From the human T2T-CHM13v2.0 reference genome, Homo sapiens: DNA of 64,000 bases. The stretch is taken from NCBI RefSeq assembly GCF_009914755.1, contig NC_060935.1; one strand, given 5' to 3'. This document shows, in pieces, positions 21,900 through 34,678 of this stretch. Positions within the stretch are counted from its first letter, which is position 1. Every line of letters starts with the position of its first letter. The translations under genes were made by a program, and so were the position numbers. Below the pieces are notes generated by a model, which did no database searches, was not told the origin of the DNA, and worked only from the letters and a program-made list of their open reading frames with translations.

Positions 21900-23107
21900 C
21901 CAAGGCAGATGGGCCATGTCTGGCCCTCAGCTCCTCAGACCCTGCCTAGTCCCATAGCTACTGAGGGTGACGGCAGAACCCAGCCACAGTCATAGCCTTC
22001 TGCCACCCCCCTGCCACCACCTCTTTGCTCTCCTCTGTCCTGGAAGAGCCATGCATGGAGGGGCCCTGCGATGCAGAAAGGTTCTGAACCCCACAGCCAG
22101 ACGACCCTGTGCACCTGCCAGCCTCTTTCTGCCTCTGCTACGGGATTCTGGTGAGGTAACCTCTCTGGGCCTTCATTTTCCCATCTGTAAAACGGGAATA
22201 AAAATACTGCTCCTACCACTAGGCTGTCAGGATAACTAGAAAAAAAAAAATCAGGCAAACCGTCTGCCACATAGTTGGGCCAATAAAGAGCAGCTGCTGT
22301 CACTGCTGACCTTGCAGCCTGGAAGGGCCAGGAAACGGGTCTGCTCGGCCTGGCTTCCTGCTGCCTCCTTCCAACCAAACTCCGGGCTGCTTGCTGGAGG
22401 GCAGATGGAAGCCACGGACCTGAAAGCCCCACGTCACCTCCAAAGAAGAGGCAGGTGGAGAGGAGAGGGTCTGGGATCGTCAGAGGAGAAAACACCAGCA
22501 CGAGGCCCCTGACGGCGTCCTTTGATTTCCCTTGGCCTCAGCTTCCCCATCTCTCACACGGAGCTGCTACACCTCTTGTTGTCTGGCATGTCCCATTGTG
22601 ACCTAACACACAACCTCAGATCCAACCACCATCTTTCCTCTGGAAGCAGCTCTCATCCAAGCCCCCTTCTTTCTGTCATGGTCCCGGCATGAAAACCTCA
22701 GGGCTGCCCTTGACTCCACCTTCTCCCTGCATCAGCGGGGCCTCAGCTCCTTCCACTGCTGCCCCGGCCTAGGGCTCCATCCCCTAATCCTGGGCCAGGT
22801 CAAGTTTTTACCCACAATGGCCCTTATGGTGATCTCTCTGACGCCTGCCTTTCCTCCTCAATTCAGAGTCCACACACTGTCAGACCCTCCAACCCCAGCC
22901 TGCGACCTGCTCAGATCCTCCTGTGCACTCCTGACTGCAACGTACCCAGCCTGGCACTCAGGGATGCCTGCCCTGCGCCCGCCCACCACTCCCACCATGT
23001 CCCTCCTGTTCTCTCCTGTTCCCTGGCCATCTCTGCCCCGCCAGCTTCCGTCCCTGAAATTCCAACATGGCATGCTTTTCCTCGTCCTGTGGTGAGATGC
23101 AACGTGG

Positions 23108-23281
23108 CCCATGCCAGAGGGCAGTGCCCCATTCCCACCCAGAGCCACAGGGGGGGCCAGAGGGCAGTGCCCCATTCCCACCCAGAGGGCAGTGCCCCAT
23201 TCCCACCCAGAGGGCAGTGCCCCATTCCCATGCCAGAGGGCAGTGCCCCATTCCCACCCAGAGCCGCGGGGGGTCCAGAGC
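23108..23281. repeat. 25-bp minisatellite, 5 core copies with a repeated spacer
   Basis: ccagagggcagtgccccattcccac at ~23114, 23157, 23182, 23207 and 23233. Confidence 0.93.
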
Positions 23282-24104
23282 CAGGGAGAGGGTTCTCAAG
23301 TTGAGTCAAGATGCCCAAGCGCAAACCAGGCCTGGCCATTGCAAACCAGCACCTGTCTCGTTTCCTTCCAGCTGTCAACTGCTCCCTTGCCTGGGCCTCC
23401 ATGCCCTGCCTGCTCCTCTCTGCCAGGACTTGGCCAGGGTACAGTGCGTGTGGGGGTATACCTGGGCCTGAGTGGCAGTTAGGGGGCCCCGCAGTGAGGA
23501 ACAGCAAGCATGGGTTTGGTCCCGGTGTCCCCTCCCCCTTGCCCAGCACTCTCTTGAGGCTGATGATTTGGGGAGACGCCAGTCTGACCACAGCGACTCA
23601 GGTGCCTGCTCCCTGCCTGCTCCCTGTCCTCCTCAATGCGTTGCTTGGAATTCGACTCAAGAAAACCCCTGGGGTTGAGTATTCTGTTCTGACAGGGCAT
23701 CGAGGCTGTGCTGGCCACCACAGAACTGCCCGCCTGAGTGACTTCACAGGGCAGCTGGCCTGCTGCTTGACACCCATGTGCATGCGTGTGTGCATGTGTG
23801 ATCATGGCCGGCACCCCGTGAGTCAGCACACGTGTATTCACAGGCACGTGTCTGCACGCTCTTAGCTGGGTATCAGTGTTGCTCTGTGCCCTGTTGACAA
23901 ATCCACAATTGGGTCCCTGTTCAAATAAGAGAGTAGCTCACGTGCCTGTCCTTGGCACCCAGTGGCTTCGGATCCTGGAACATAGATGGGGTGAGGCCAA
24001 GAGGCCAGTTCTACTCTCTCTGCAGCCCTGGGGTTTGCGGGGGCTGCTGCTCCTAAACCTACTAAACACAACAGCTCACACGCAGTACTGATTTATGGCT
24101 TCCA

Positions 24105-24250
24105 AAAGGACTGCACGTTGGTTATCTCATTTAATGTTTAAACCCTTGTAATCCCAAAGGTTTGTTCATGTTTTACAGATGAAGAAACTGAGGCATGAGG
24201 GGGTTGAGTGACTGTCTCAAGTGTCCCAGGTCCAGATAGAAAGCAGCCAT
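24105..24250 (-). mobile_element. MIR
   Basis: ttatctcatttaat...ttttacagatgaagaaactgaggca. Confidence 0.7.
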
Positions 24251-26159
24251 CCCCTTGCACTCCTCTGGGCAGCAGTGGCCAGGCAGGGGTCCTTGCCGTG
24301 CCTCTGTCCCACCTCTCCTGGCCCTGGGTCCACTGCTGGCTCCCTCCCGGGCCCCCTCCTGCCTATGGCCAGCTGGCCCCCGGCCTCTGGGGACATACGG
24401 GTTTCTTCCTAGCTGTGTGCTCCGGGCAGGCCTCTGTGCTGCAGCTGCACACCCGGCTGGCAGCTGAGACTTCCCTGCCCTTGTTCATCAGAGCTAGTGT
24501 GACCTTACACTTCCTGATCCAAACCAGGATGCTTTTGAAAAGGCGATGAGCTGATATGATAATGGATCAACTGCAGGTCTGTTCTGGGTGCGGTGGGTGG
24601 TGGGTTCTCCAACCAGAGCCCACTGCTACCTGCTTGCAGGCTGGATGGTTTCTCTGCTTTGCTCCCTCCCCGGGGGGGCTCACTGCAGCCTTCATGAGCT
24701 GGTGACCCCAGAATGGCTCCTCTCGCCTGCATGATGGGAGCAAAGGGGTTCTCACTTGCTCCTGTTCAGAGGTTTCCCCACATCCCTACCCGCCTCCAGC
24801 CTCACCTCACCTGTTGGAGACAGGTGGGGTAGAATCAGCCGTGCACATCATTCCAGCTCTATGAATAGACCACGCCAGGATTTGGGTCCTGCCCTTGGAC
24901 CCTGGTTCCAGCAAAACGCTCTTAACACACCAACCAACCTGCTCCCGTTCTGAGAGACTCCCCAGTCAGCCAGCAATGTATGCACCCTAGGAGAGGCCTG
25001 TGGTTTGCTCAGGACACCCATGGGTGGAATGCTGCCTCCAGTGGGCGCACACCCACCACAGGGCGCCTGCTCAGTGGGGGCCAGGCCCGTAGGGCCCCAG
25101 AGTGTGAGGCACATTCTGCTACCCAGTGAACGGCAGGGTCCAGGGGCAAGCCGTCGAAGCTGCTGCTGCTAATAGCACTGACCTCCCCTTTTGCCAGGCT
25201 GCCCAGCAGTGGCAGAGGGCAGTCCAGAACCCAGAAAGGCTGGGATGCCCTAGAATCCTGGACCCTGGAAGCTAGGAGGGCTGTGACCCTCGCCTCATCT
25301 GACCCTCTCTACAGAGGAGGCCCAGCCCAAGGTTGCACTGCTTGGGATGCTGAGTGCCGGTTGCAGCAAGGGTCTCTCGTGATGGGCTGGATGAGTGTGT
25401 CCATCCACAGCATGGAGCCTGGCACAGGTCATGGTGACTGACTTGGTACCTGCTGGAGCCCAGCACAGCCTGGACATAAGCAAGCCAGGTGAGCAGGTGG
25501 GTCTGGCCCTGGAACTGAGTGTCCAAGGCTTGGGTTAGCTGAAACAGCCCTGCAGAACCTCTCAGGCTGTGAGCAAGGTGGGGACATCCCAGAGGGAGGA
25601 TGTGAGCAGCCAACTGCCCCACAGTACTGCCTTCCTGCTGTCATGCTGCCCTAGGCTGCTCAGTTTCCCTTGGCGCTGTTGTCTCTGTGGTTCTGGGTGA
25701 GGTGCTGGCGAGGGGAGACTCTCCTGGGCTCTGTGCCTTTGGCATTCCCTCTCCCACTCTGAAGCCTTCCCTGGCCCTGCCCCTGCCCCGATCTGCTCAC
25801 TCAAGGTGCACACACTGTGGGACTTCCTGCCCTGGGCCCTGCCTTTTGCTTGCCGGTTTTCACATTTGCACCCTAGCCCCGAGCCAGAAGCTCCTCCGGG
25901 GGCGCCTGGTCTTACTCACCTCTGCATTCCCACACCAGGGCCCAGAGCCCAACCCAAAGCAGGAGCTATGCCAATATCCCTGTGACTCAGTTTCCTCACC
26001 TTTAACTCTCACAGGGCTACTTTCAGATCAAATGAGGGAATCAACGGAAAACACCTAGCATAAGGCCTGGCACACAATTGGCACTATGAATGTTAGATCA
26101 TATAGAACACAGTGGTGAATACAAACACCACCACCTCCACCTTGTTTTAAGATTCAGCG

Positions 26160-27380
26160 GATGGCTAGCCATGTGCAGAAGAATGAAACTGGACCTCTGC
26201 CTCTCACCATATGTGAAAATGAACTCAAGATGGACCAAAGATTTAAATGTTGTAAGACTTCAAACTATCTAAGAATCCTAGAAGAAAACCTAAGGAACAC
26301 CATTTTGGACATCAGCCTTGGGAAAATTCTTATGGCTAAGTCCTCAAAAGCAACTGCAAAATACAAACAAAAATCAACAAGTAGGACCTAATTAAACTAA
26401 AGAGCTTCTGTGCAGCAAAAGAAGCTCTTAACAGAGTGAACGGACAACCTACAGATCTGCATCCAACAAAGGTCTAACATCCAGAACCTACCAGGAATTT
26501 AGACCATTTAAATGCAAAGAACAAATACCCACATTAAAAAGTGGGCAAAACACATGAACAGACACTTCTCAAATGAAGACGTACAAGTGGCCAACAAATA
26601 TGAAAAAATGCTCAAGATTAGTGATCATTAGAGAGATGCAAATCAAAGTCACGAGACACCATCTCACACCAGTCCGAATGGCTATTACTAAAAAGCCAAA
26701 AAACAACAGATGCTGGCCAGGCTGTGGAGAAAAGGGAACACTCGTACATTGTTGGTGGGAATGTAGATGAGTTCAGCCACTGTGGAATGTGGTTTGGAGG
26801 TTTTCAAAGAACTTAAAACATTTGACCCAGCAATCCCATTATTGAGTGTCTACACAAAGGAATATAAGTCGTTTTACCGTGAAGACACATACACTCATGT
26901 TTATCGCAGCACTATTCATAACAGGGAACTGATGGAATCAAGCTTGGTGCCCATCAGCAGTAGACTGGATGACGAAGACGTGGTACACATACACCATGGA
27001 ATACTACGTAGCCATAAAGAAGAATTAAATAATGCTTTTTTTGCAGCAACATGGTTGCAGCTGGAGGCCATTATCCTAAGTGAAGTAACACAGGAACAGA
27101 AAACCAAATACTGCTCACTTATAAATGGCAGCTAAACATTGGGTACTCTTGGACATAGAGATGGGAACAATAGACACTGTGGAGTCCTAGAGGGAGGAAG
27201 AAGGGAGGGGGGAAGGGTTGAAAAACTACCTACTGGTTACCATGCTCAGTACCTGGGTAAGAGGATCAGTTATGCCTCAAATCTCAGCATCACATAATAT
27301 ACCCGGGTAACAAACCTGCACATGTACCACTGAATCTAAAATAAATGCTGAATTTATAAAAAATTTAAAAAAAAGTAAAA
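26160..27380 (+). mobile_element. 5'-truncated older primate L1 (L1PA15/16-like) with an A-rich tail
   Basis: ORF2 remnants ([11 protein letters not shown]; [12 protein letters not shown]; LEAIILSE), an L1 3' UTR and an A-rich tail at 27355-27380. Confidence 0.92.
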
Positions 27381-28245
27381 CTCAGCTGAATCCAAGTGCC
27401 TGGGAGAGGAAGGGCAGAGGAAGGAGGCACCTTGGCCCCTTCCTCATGGCTCAGTGGCGACCAGCCTTCGGGCAGCCTTTCCAGCACATTCTTCTCTCCC
27501 CAGCACGAGGCGGTGCTGTGGCTTGAGCTCAATGGAAACTGGGCACACCAGCATGCAGTTGTGACAAAAGGGTGTGGCCTGGGGCGGGGGGGGGCGGGCA
27601 GCCTGACCACTGTCGGGAGGCGGGGCCCCTGGAACCTGGCGCTGTGGCCCTGGCTCCCTCTGTTCCTGCTTGGAGGACGTGCCCCTGCACAGGTGGACCA
27701 GGCGACAAGGCACTTTCTCATGCCTTTTCCTGCTGTAGCCTCGGTGCAGCCACCTGAGATGAGGTGGGCACCCATCCTGTCACCCTGCTTCTTCAGGTGG
27801 GGAGACTGAGGTTTGGAACTGACACACTGAGCTAGAGTCAAGTCGCGGGTATGCCCCAGTGTGCGGTTGCTGCTTCCCTCCCGTCACCCTGCCCAGTCTG
27901 GTCCTGTGTCTCTGCCCAGCTTCCCAGAAAGGCACTCAGGAAGGACCGGTGATTTCAGAGATTCCCCATCCCTCTTCTCTTCTCCTGCCTCCAGAGCTGT
28001 CAGAGAACTGACTTGTCCATGGGGCTCTAGGGCCAGCGAGCCCTGGGCACTGTCACTCCCTGCCCCGTCTCCCCAGGATGCAGGCTCAGGCTCCTGGAGA
28101 ACTTTCCTTTCACCACCTCCTACTTCCAGGGCTCCCCCACCTCCCTCTGTTACACCTGCCCTGCCCCTAAGGTCCCTCCCTCCTCTGGGGTGTCAGCTAA
28201 CCCCCCTGCCTGAAGAAGAAACAATTAACATAAAATGTTGAACTG

Positions 28246-28691
<446 letters not shown>

Positions 28692-29284
28692 CTATCTCTG
28701 GGTTTCCCAGGCTACCTATCACACAGTGAGCACCAGGGCGGCTACGGATCCACGGTCCACCACCGACATGTAGCCCAAGGCACAGGCTCAAGACAGGCCT
28801 CCACATACCTGGGGGAGGGGATCTCCAGGCTCTCCTGGGCTCCCATCCCCAGGTAGACTCTAGGAGTACCCGGCCGATTTCTTTCTCGGGGTCCCGGGAA
28901 GGCAGCAGGGATGAGAGCAGGAGGCTGGCATCCCTTCACACCGGTACGTTTGCCTGGGACATGCTTCCCTCCCTCATAGTCCCTCCACTTGCTGAGTTGC
29001 TTGGCCCCCAGGACCAGGCCAGGTACACTCAGCCCAGGGGCTTCACACTCAGGGCTGGGCACCACAGGGTGCCTGGGCAGCCCTGGATGCAGGAAGGGAG
29101 CCCCAGAGGCCAGACCAGATGCCAGGTAGAATGGGGTGCCTCCTTCTTGATGCTCCCATGACACTGTGACATAGCTTCCCTCTGGGCAGAAGTATTTGCT
29201 GGGTGGCCCCTCTGCTCAGACATCTCCTGAGTGGGAAGGGCAAGTGGGGAGAATTGCCATTTATTGAGCTTTTGCTCCACAGCC

Positions 29285-29595
29285 TGACATCAAATAACCT
29301 GTCAACCAGATGACTGGATAAAGAAAATAAAGAAAATGTGGAATACACATGCAATGGAATATTATTCAGCCTTAAAAAGGGAGAACATTTTAACACATGC
29401 CCTGACATGGACGAATCTTGAGGACACTATGCTAAGTGAAATAAGCCAGTCTTAAAAGGACAAATATCACAGGATTCAATTTCTATGAGGTATCCAGAGT
29501 AGTAAAATTCATAGAGACAGAAACTAGGATGGTGGCTTGTGGGGGCTGGGATGTTGTGGAGAATGGGAGTCATTTAACGGGTACAGAGTTTCTTT

Positions 29596-29651
<56 letters not shown>

Positions 29652-30082
29652 TATACGTTAAGTTCTAGGGTACATGTGCACAATGTGCAGGTTTGTTACA
29701 TATGTATACATGTGCCATGTTGGTGTGCTGCACCCATTAACTCATCATTTAGCATTAGCAATATCTCCTAATGCTATCCCTCCCCTCTCCCGCTATCCCA
29801 CGACAGGCCCCGGTGTGTGATGTTCCCCTTCCTGTGTCCAAGTGTTCTCATTGTTCAATTCCCACCTATGAGTGAGAACATGCGGTGTTTGGTTTTTTGT
29901 CCTTGCGACAGTTTGCTGAGAATGATGGTTTCCAGAATGGGTACAGAGTTTCCAATGGCCGAGATGAGACAGATCTGGAGATCTGTTTCACAACAATGTA
30001 AATATACTCAGCACTGCTGAACTGTGCACTTGAAAATGGCTAAGATGGTAAGTTTTATGTTATGTGTTTTTTAAATAACAAT
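29285..30082 (+). mobile_element. Old L1MB-like 3' end, interrupted by a younger L1
   Basis: gaatattattcagccttaaaaagg...gctaagtgaaataagccagtc...; resumes after 29936 with gaactgtgcacttgaaaatggctaagatggtaagttttatgttatg. Confidence 0.8.
29593..29935 (-). mobile_element. Short L1PA (about PA4/5-like) 3' end with a (TA)24 tail and a 17-bp TSD
   Basis: Near-consensus L1PA 3' UTR. TSD aa(c/t)gggtacagagtttc at 29576-29592 and 29936-29952; (TA)n at 29599-29646. Confidence 0.93.
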
Positions 30083-32289
30083 GAAAACGAGTCTGTCATT
30101 CATCCAGAACATCCGTTTAGACACAGTCAAGGACAGCACACTCCTCGGAGCCTGCACCCTGGGCTTCAGTGAGCATTCACGGCTGGGTTGGGTGTCTGTG
30201 TGTGATCTCAAGCATGCACCTTCCTGGGAATCACGGGGTGACAGGCACCAGGTATGCCTGCGGGAGGCCCCCCTCCAAGGCTCCAGGTACGCCACTCGGA
30301 AGAGTGTGCACGCCCCACTGACAGCCTGCAACCGCCTCGCTGTCCTCAGGCCTGGGGAGCCGCAGAGACACAGTGCTGGAGCACTTGTTCTGAGAGAGAG
30401 ATTTATGTGTGGGAGAAGAAGCTAATATCGACAGGCGATGAGTTAGGAGAGTAATACTTCAGCTACCACGCAGAAACTCTCTGACCGTGAGGAAAGCAGC
30501 TCGCCCGGAGGCTGTACTTCAGCCCAGGCAGGCTGGCAGAGCTGGGCCGGGCCTGTGTCGGTCAGCTGCAGTGTGGGTGCAACTGGCCGGTCCCTTGGCC
30601 TCTCTGGGCTCAGTGTCCTCCCCGTGCCACGAGCGGCCGTCTCTCCCACTCTGTGGTCTGTGGATGAGGGAAGAGGAGGGAAGAAGAAGGGCTGGGGCAG
30701 GCAAGCAGGGCTGGGGGGGTGACGATATTGTTGATATGCACCTACGGCCTGCCAGCAACTCCACGGGGGTGGCATTTGCCACAGCCCTGCCTCAGAGGGA
30801 CCCAGCACCGGCACTCCTTGGGGGTCAGGACTTATCTTCAAGGGTGTCAGAGCAGTGGTGACCTCCTTAGGCTTCGGAAGACGCCCCCAAGGGGACCCCC
30901 CATCAGCTACGGGGACCCAGAGGGCTTCAGGTCCGGGCTAGGTAGGCACCGGGCAGCCCCAAACCCAGGTCTGAAGCCACGGAGGGTCCACTGATGGTCA
31001 CCCGCCTGGTGAGGTCCTGTGGTCAGGGTGCGTAGACACACTCTGGCAGGCTAGCAATTCACGGGTTTCATTAGTTTGTCTGTATTTTTAATTTGCCGCC
31101 TGTGGCCTGAAGGAGCTGACCTTCCCCAGGGCTCTGTCAGGGATAGTTGAGGTTGGTTTTCCTGGGTCCAGCCGTCTGAGGGAGAAGAGAGGAGGTGAGG
31201 GGCCCTGGGAGTCTCAGCGTTGCGCCCCGACCCCGGGGGTGGCAGCCCCCAGCCCCACACATCTGCCTGCCAGTAGTACCAACAATCTGCCCGGGAGGGC
31301 ACTGGGGCATGCAGCCTCTGCCTTGTGTGAAATTGCTCTGTGGCCCCTAGACAGGAGCAGGGCTGCTCTGGGTGTCTGTCCCCTCATCTGTGAAAAGAAG
31401 GGAGTAGCCCAGGGTTGCACAATCCAACTTCTGGGAGAAGGCTGGCAGCCAGGTAGCCTGGGGTGTCCGGCACCAGCCTGGCTACCAATGGCCAGCTCCT
31501 GCCCCTCAGGCCAGCCCTCACCTTCCACCCCTGGTGGCTTGGTGGGCAGGGTCCCTCCCTCTGGCCTCCGGCTTGGGTCGCTCTGTGGAAGTGATTTTTC
31601 CAGGTGAGGAAACGCTCATGCAGCCCTGTCCCTCCTGTCTTAGACGAGGAAACTGAGGCCCCACCAGTGTCTGTGGCACAGTGAGTTGCAGACGCAGCTG
31701 GGACCAGCGCCCGGGGGGCTCGTGGCAGCACAGTTGGCCTCTGAGACCTCCAGGCTCTGCTCCCTCCACTAAGCCCACAGCAGCCTCTGGGCTCTCGCCC
31801 TCCAGACCAGGGAGGGGTGAGCCCAGGCAGGGGCCTCTCACATCCCTTCCTCCATCCCTGCTCGACATGGTGCTGGCTGGTGGCAGCTAACCATGCCTCC
31901 TTTGCTGCTCTTATTCTGAAAGTGTGGGGGCTTAGCAGATGCTTTTTAGTGACAAAACAGAATTTCAGTGGCACTCACCTCCAAAAAGCATCAGCCCCTC
32001 TATCTGGCTGCGTCTGCACAAAGCAAGGTTGCTTTCCTCATCTCATTCTAGCTCCCTGGGCTTCAGTGAGCACTCAGTCAGGAATAATCCCATCCTAGGG
32101 GAGGAGGTGGAGGCTCAGGAAGGGTCACAGAGGTAGCCAGGACTTGTGTTGATTGGGTGGGTGGGGGGGCGGCCTGGCAGAGTGGGCTTTTCAATAAGCC
32201 TTTAAGTGAATTGTTAAATAAATGAATAATAAAAATGGCTTTCTATTTTCAAATAAAAAATAAAAAAGCTCTTGCTGTTGCATGCTCTG

Positions 32290-32470
32290 AGTGATTAGCA
32301 TGATTAACTGTAATGACTCATTTCCTCCTCAGAAACATCCTATTATTACCCTCATTTTAAAAGTGAGAAGTCTGAGGCACAGAGAGGTTAAGCAACGTCC
32401 TGAGGCCACACAGCTACTAAGTGGCAGAACTAGGACCTGAATCCAGCCAGTAGGACCTGGCACTTAGCCA
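32290..32470 (-). mobile_element. MIR
   Basis: ctcattttaaaagtgagaagtctgaggcacagagaggttaagcaac...ccacacagctactaagtggcagaac. Confidence 0.8.
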
Positions 32471-32475
32471 CCCTG

Positions 32476-32649
32476 CCAAAACACCTGTGCAGGCTCCGGT
32501 CCACAACACTCTGCCCACTAGAACTTTCCGTGCCCAAAACACCTGTGCAGGCTCAGGTCCACAACACTCTGCCCACTAGAACTTTCCGTGCCCAAAACAC
32601 CTGTGCAGGCTCAGGTCCACAACACTCTGCCCACTAGAACTTTCCGTGC
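32476..32649. repeat. 58-bp tandem repeat, 3 copies
   Basis: ccaaaacacctgtgcaggctc(c/a)ggtccacaacactctgcccactagaactttccgtgc at 32476, 32534 and 32592. Confidence 0.97.
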
Positions 32650-32750
32650 TGCCGGGAACGTTCTGTATCTGTACCGCCCAAGATGGCAGCCTCTAGCCAC
32701 ATGTGGCTGTTGCCCACTTGAAATGTGGCTGGTGTGACTGAGGAGCTGCT
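32623..32750 (+). mobile_element. MER3-like hAT-Charlie DNA transposon fragment
   Basis: ctagaactttcc...gttctgtatctg...ctagccacatgtggct...cacttgaaatgtggctggtgtgactgaggagctg matches MER3. Confidence 0.8.
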
Positions 32751-33774
32751 CAGGGTGGGGACGGATGCAGCCCCCCATGCCCAGTGTGGGGCTCTAACAG
32801 TTTCTGAACAATGGACAAATGAGTAGCCCAGGGTTCAAAGAGAGACTCATGGCCTCAGAGGCCAGATTGCTCACCTGCCACAGACAGAGGAAGCAAGATG
32901 GGCAGAGGGGAAGGAGAGGACCCCAGCCCACATAGCCAGCCAGAGAGGACGGGCAGAGCCAGGCCTCCAACTACAGTGCCATTGGCACTCCCCACGCCGT
33001 GCCGTCATGTCTCCACTCCCCCATCCCTCTAGGTCTTCTTCCTGTGAGCAGAGAGCTGGCTCACATTTCCCACGTATGAGAAGAGAGAGCTCCTGCCATG
33101 GCTCAGAAGACTGAGCCGTGGAATCCACAGCCCCCTGGGCAAGGTTAGTCCTCAAATCCAGTCAACTCTTGATCCAGACTCATACTCTCCACTTTTGCGC
33201 TTATCAGAGGTAAAGCCTTAATCCCTGCCAGGCACTTGGCGCGGAGGCTGCCTCCTGCCCTGCTGTCAGCTGGTGTGTGCGCAGGGAGCGCAGGCTCATT
33301 TTAATATTGGCTGGAGCTAAACCTCATTAGAAAAGTAAATTTGCTGTAGCTGCAAAAAAAAAAAAAGCAACCCACATAACCCTTCCAAAGCTAAACAGAA
33401 AACACTAGATTTGGACTTTTGGATTATTTGATGTTTCACGTTCCCAGCACCTGGTGCAGAGCCTCCAACACCGTAAGTGCTTGGTCAGTGTTGGTGCAAG
33501 TGAACTGAATTTTGGGGGCTCTCTGACCACCCTGTCACCTTTCAGCATGGATAAGAAGGGCTCACAGATCTGGAATTTTGGTGTCAAGATTTTTTTTTTT
33601 AGACGACCATTTGCTGATAAATTGGAAGGATTACATTTAACAATAATTAGACACGAAAGTATTATTTTGTGTTTGGCAAGGACGAACTCTGAGCCAAGGC
33701 GGGCTCTGGGTTCTTTGGGTTGGGATAAGGAAGGGTGGGTCCAGCCCAGAGTCTGGAGGTGTGAGGACTCAAGC

Positions 33775-34678
33775 GGGTGAGGAGGGAGGTGGGACAGCCT
33801 GCACCGATTCCAGTGGGGTGAGGAGGGAGGTGGGACAGCCTGCACCGACTCCAATGGGGTGAGGAGGGAGGTGGGACAGCCTGCACCGATTCCAGTGGGG
33901 TGAGGAGGGAGGTGGGACAGCCTGCACCTATTCTAGTGGGGTGAAGAGGGAGGTGGGACAGCCTGCACCGATTCCAGTGGGGTGAGGAGGGAGGTGGGAC
34001 AGCCTGCACCGATTCCAGTGGGGTGAGGAGGGAGGTGGGACAGCCTGCACCGATTCCAGTGGGGTGAGGAGGGAGGTGGGACAGCCTCCACCGATTCCAG
34101 TGGGGTGAGGAGGGAGGTGGGACAGCCTGCACCGACTCCAGTGGGGTGAGGAGGGAGGTGGGACAGCCTGCACCGATTCCAGTGGGGTGAGGAGGGAGGT
34201 GGGACAGCCTGCACCGATTCCAGTGGGGTGAGGAGGGAGGTGGGATAGCCTGCACCTATTCCAGTGGGGTGAGGAGGGAGGTGGGACAGCCTGCACCTAT
34301 TCCAGTGGGGTGAGGAGGGAGGTGGGACAGCCTGCACCGATTCCAGTGGGGTGAGGAGGGAGGTGGGATAGCCTGCACCTATTCCAGTGGGGTGAGGAGG
34401 GAGGTGGGACAGCCTGCACCGATTCCAGTGGGGTGAGGAGGGAGGTGGGACAGCCTGCACCTATTCCAGTGGGGTGAGGAGGGAGGTGGGACAGCCTGCA
34501 CCGACTCCAGTGGGGTGAGGAGGGAGGTGGGACAGCCTGCACCTATTCCAGTGGGGTGAGGAGGGAGGTGGGACAGCCTGCACCGATTCCAGTGGGGTGA
34601 GGAGGGAGGTGGGATAGCCTCCACCTATTCCAGTGGGGTGAGGAGGGAGGTGGGACAGCCTGCACCGATTCCAGTGGG
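33775..34678. repeat. 41-bp G-rich VNTR, ~22 copies, in B3GAT1 intron 1
   Basis: Unit gggtgaggagggaggtgggacagcctgcaccgattccagtg; 904 bp / 41 = 22 copies. Confidence 0.99.

Noticed and set aside
14289-27135. ORFs resembling L1 ORF2 protein (14289-14992, 26090-27135)
   Set aside because: Fragmented, frameshifted remnants of truncated L1s, not functional genes.
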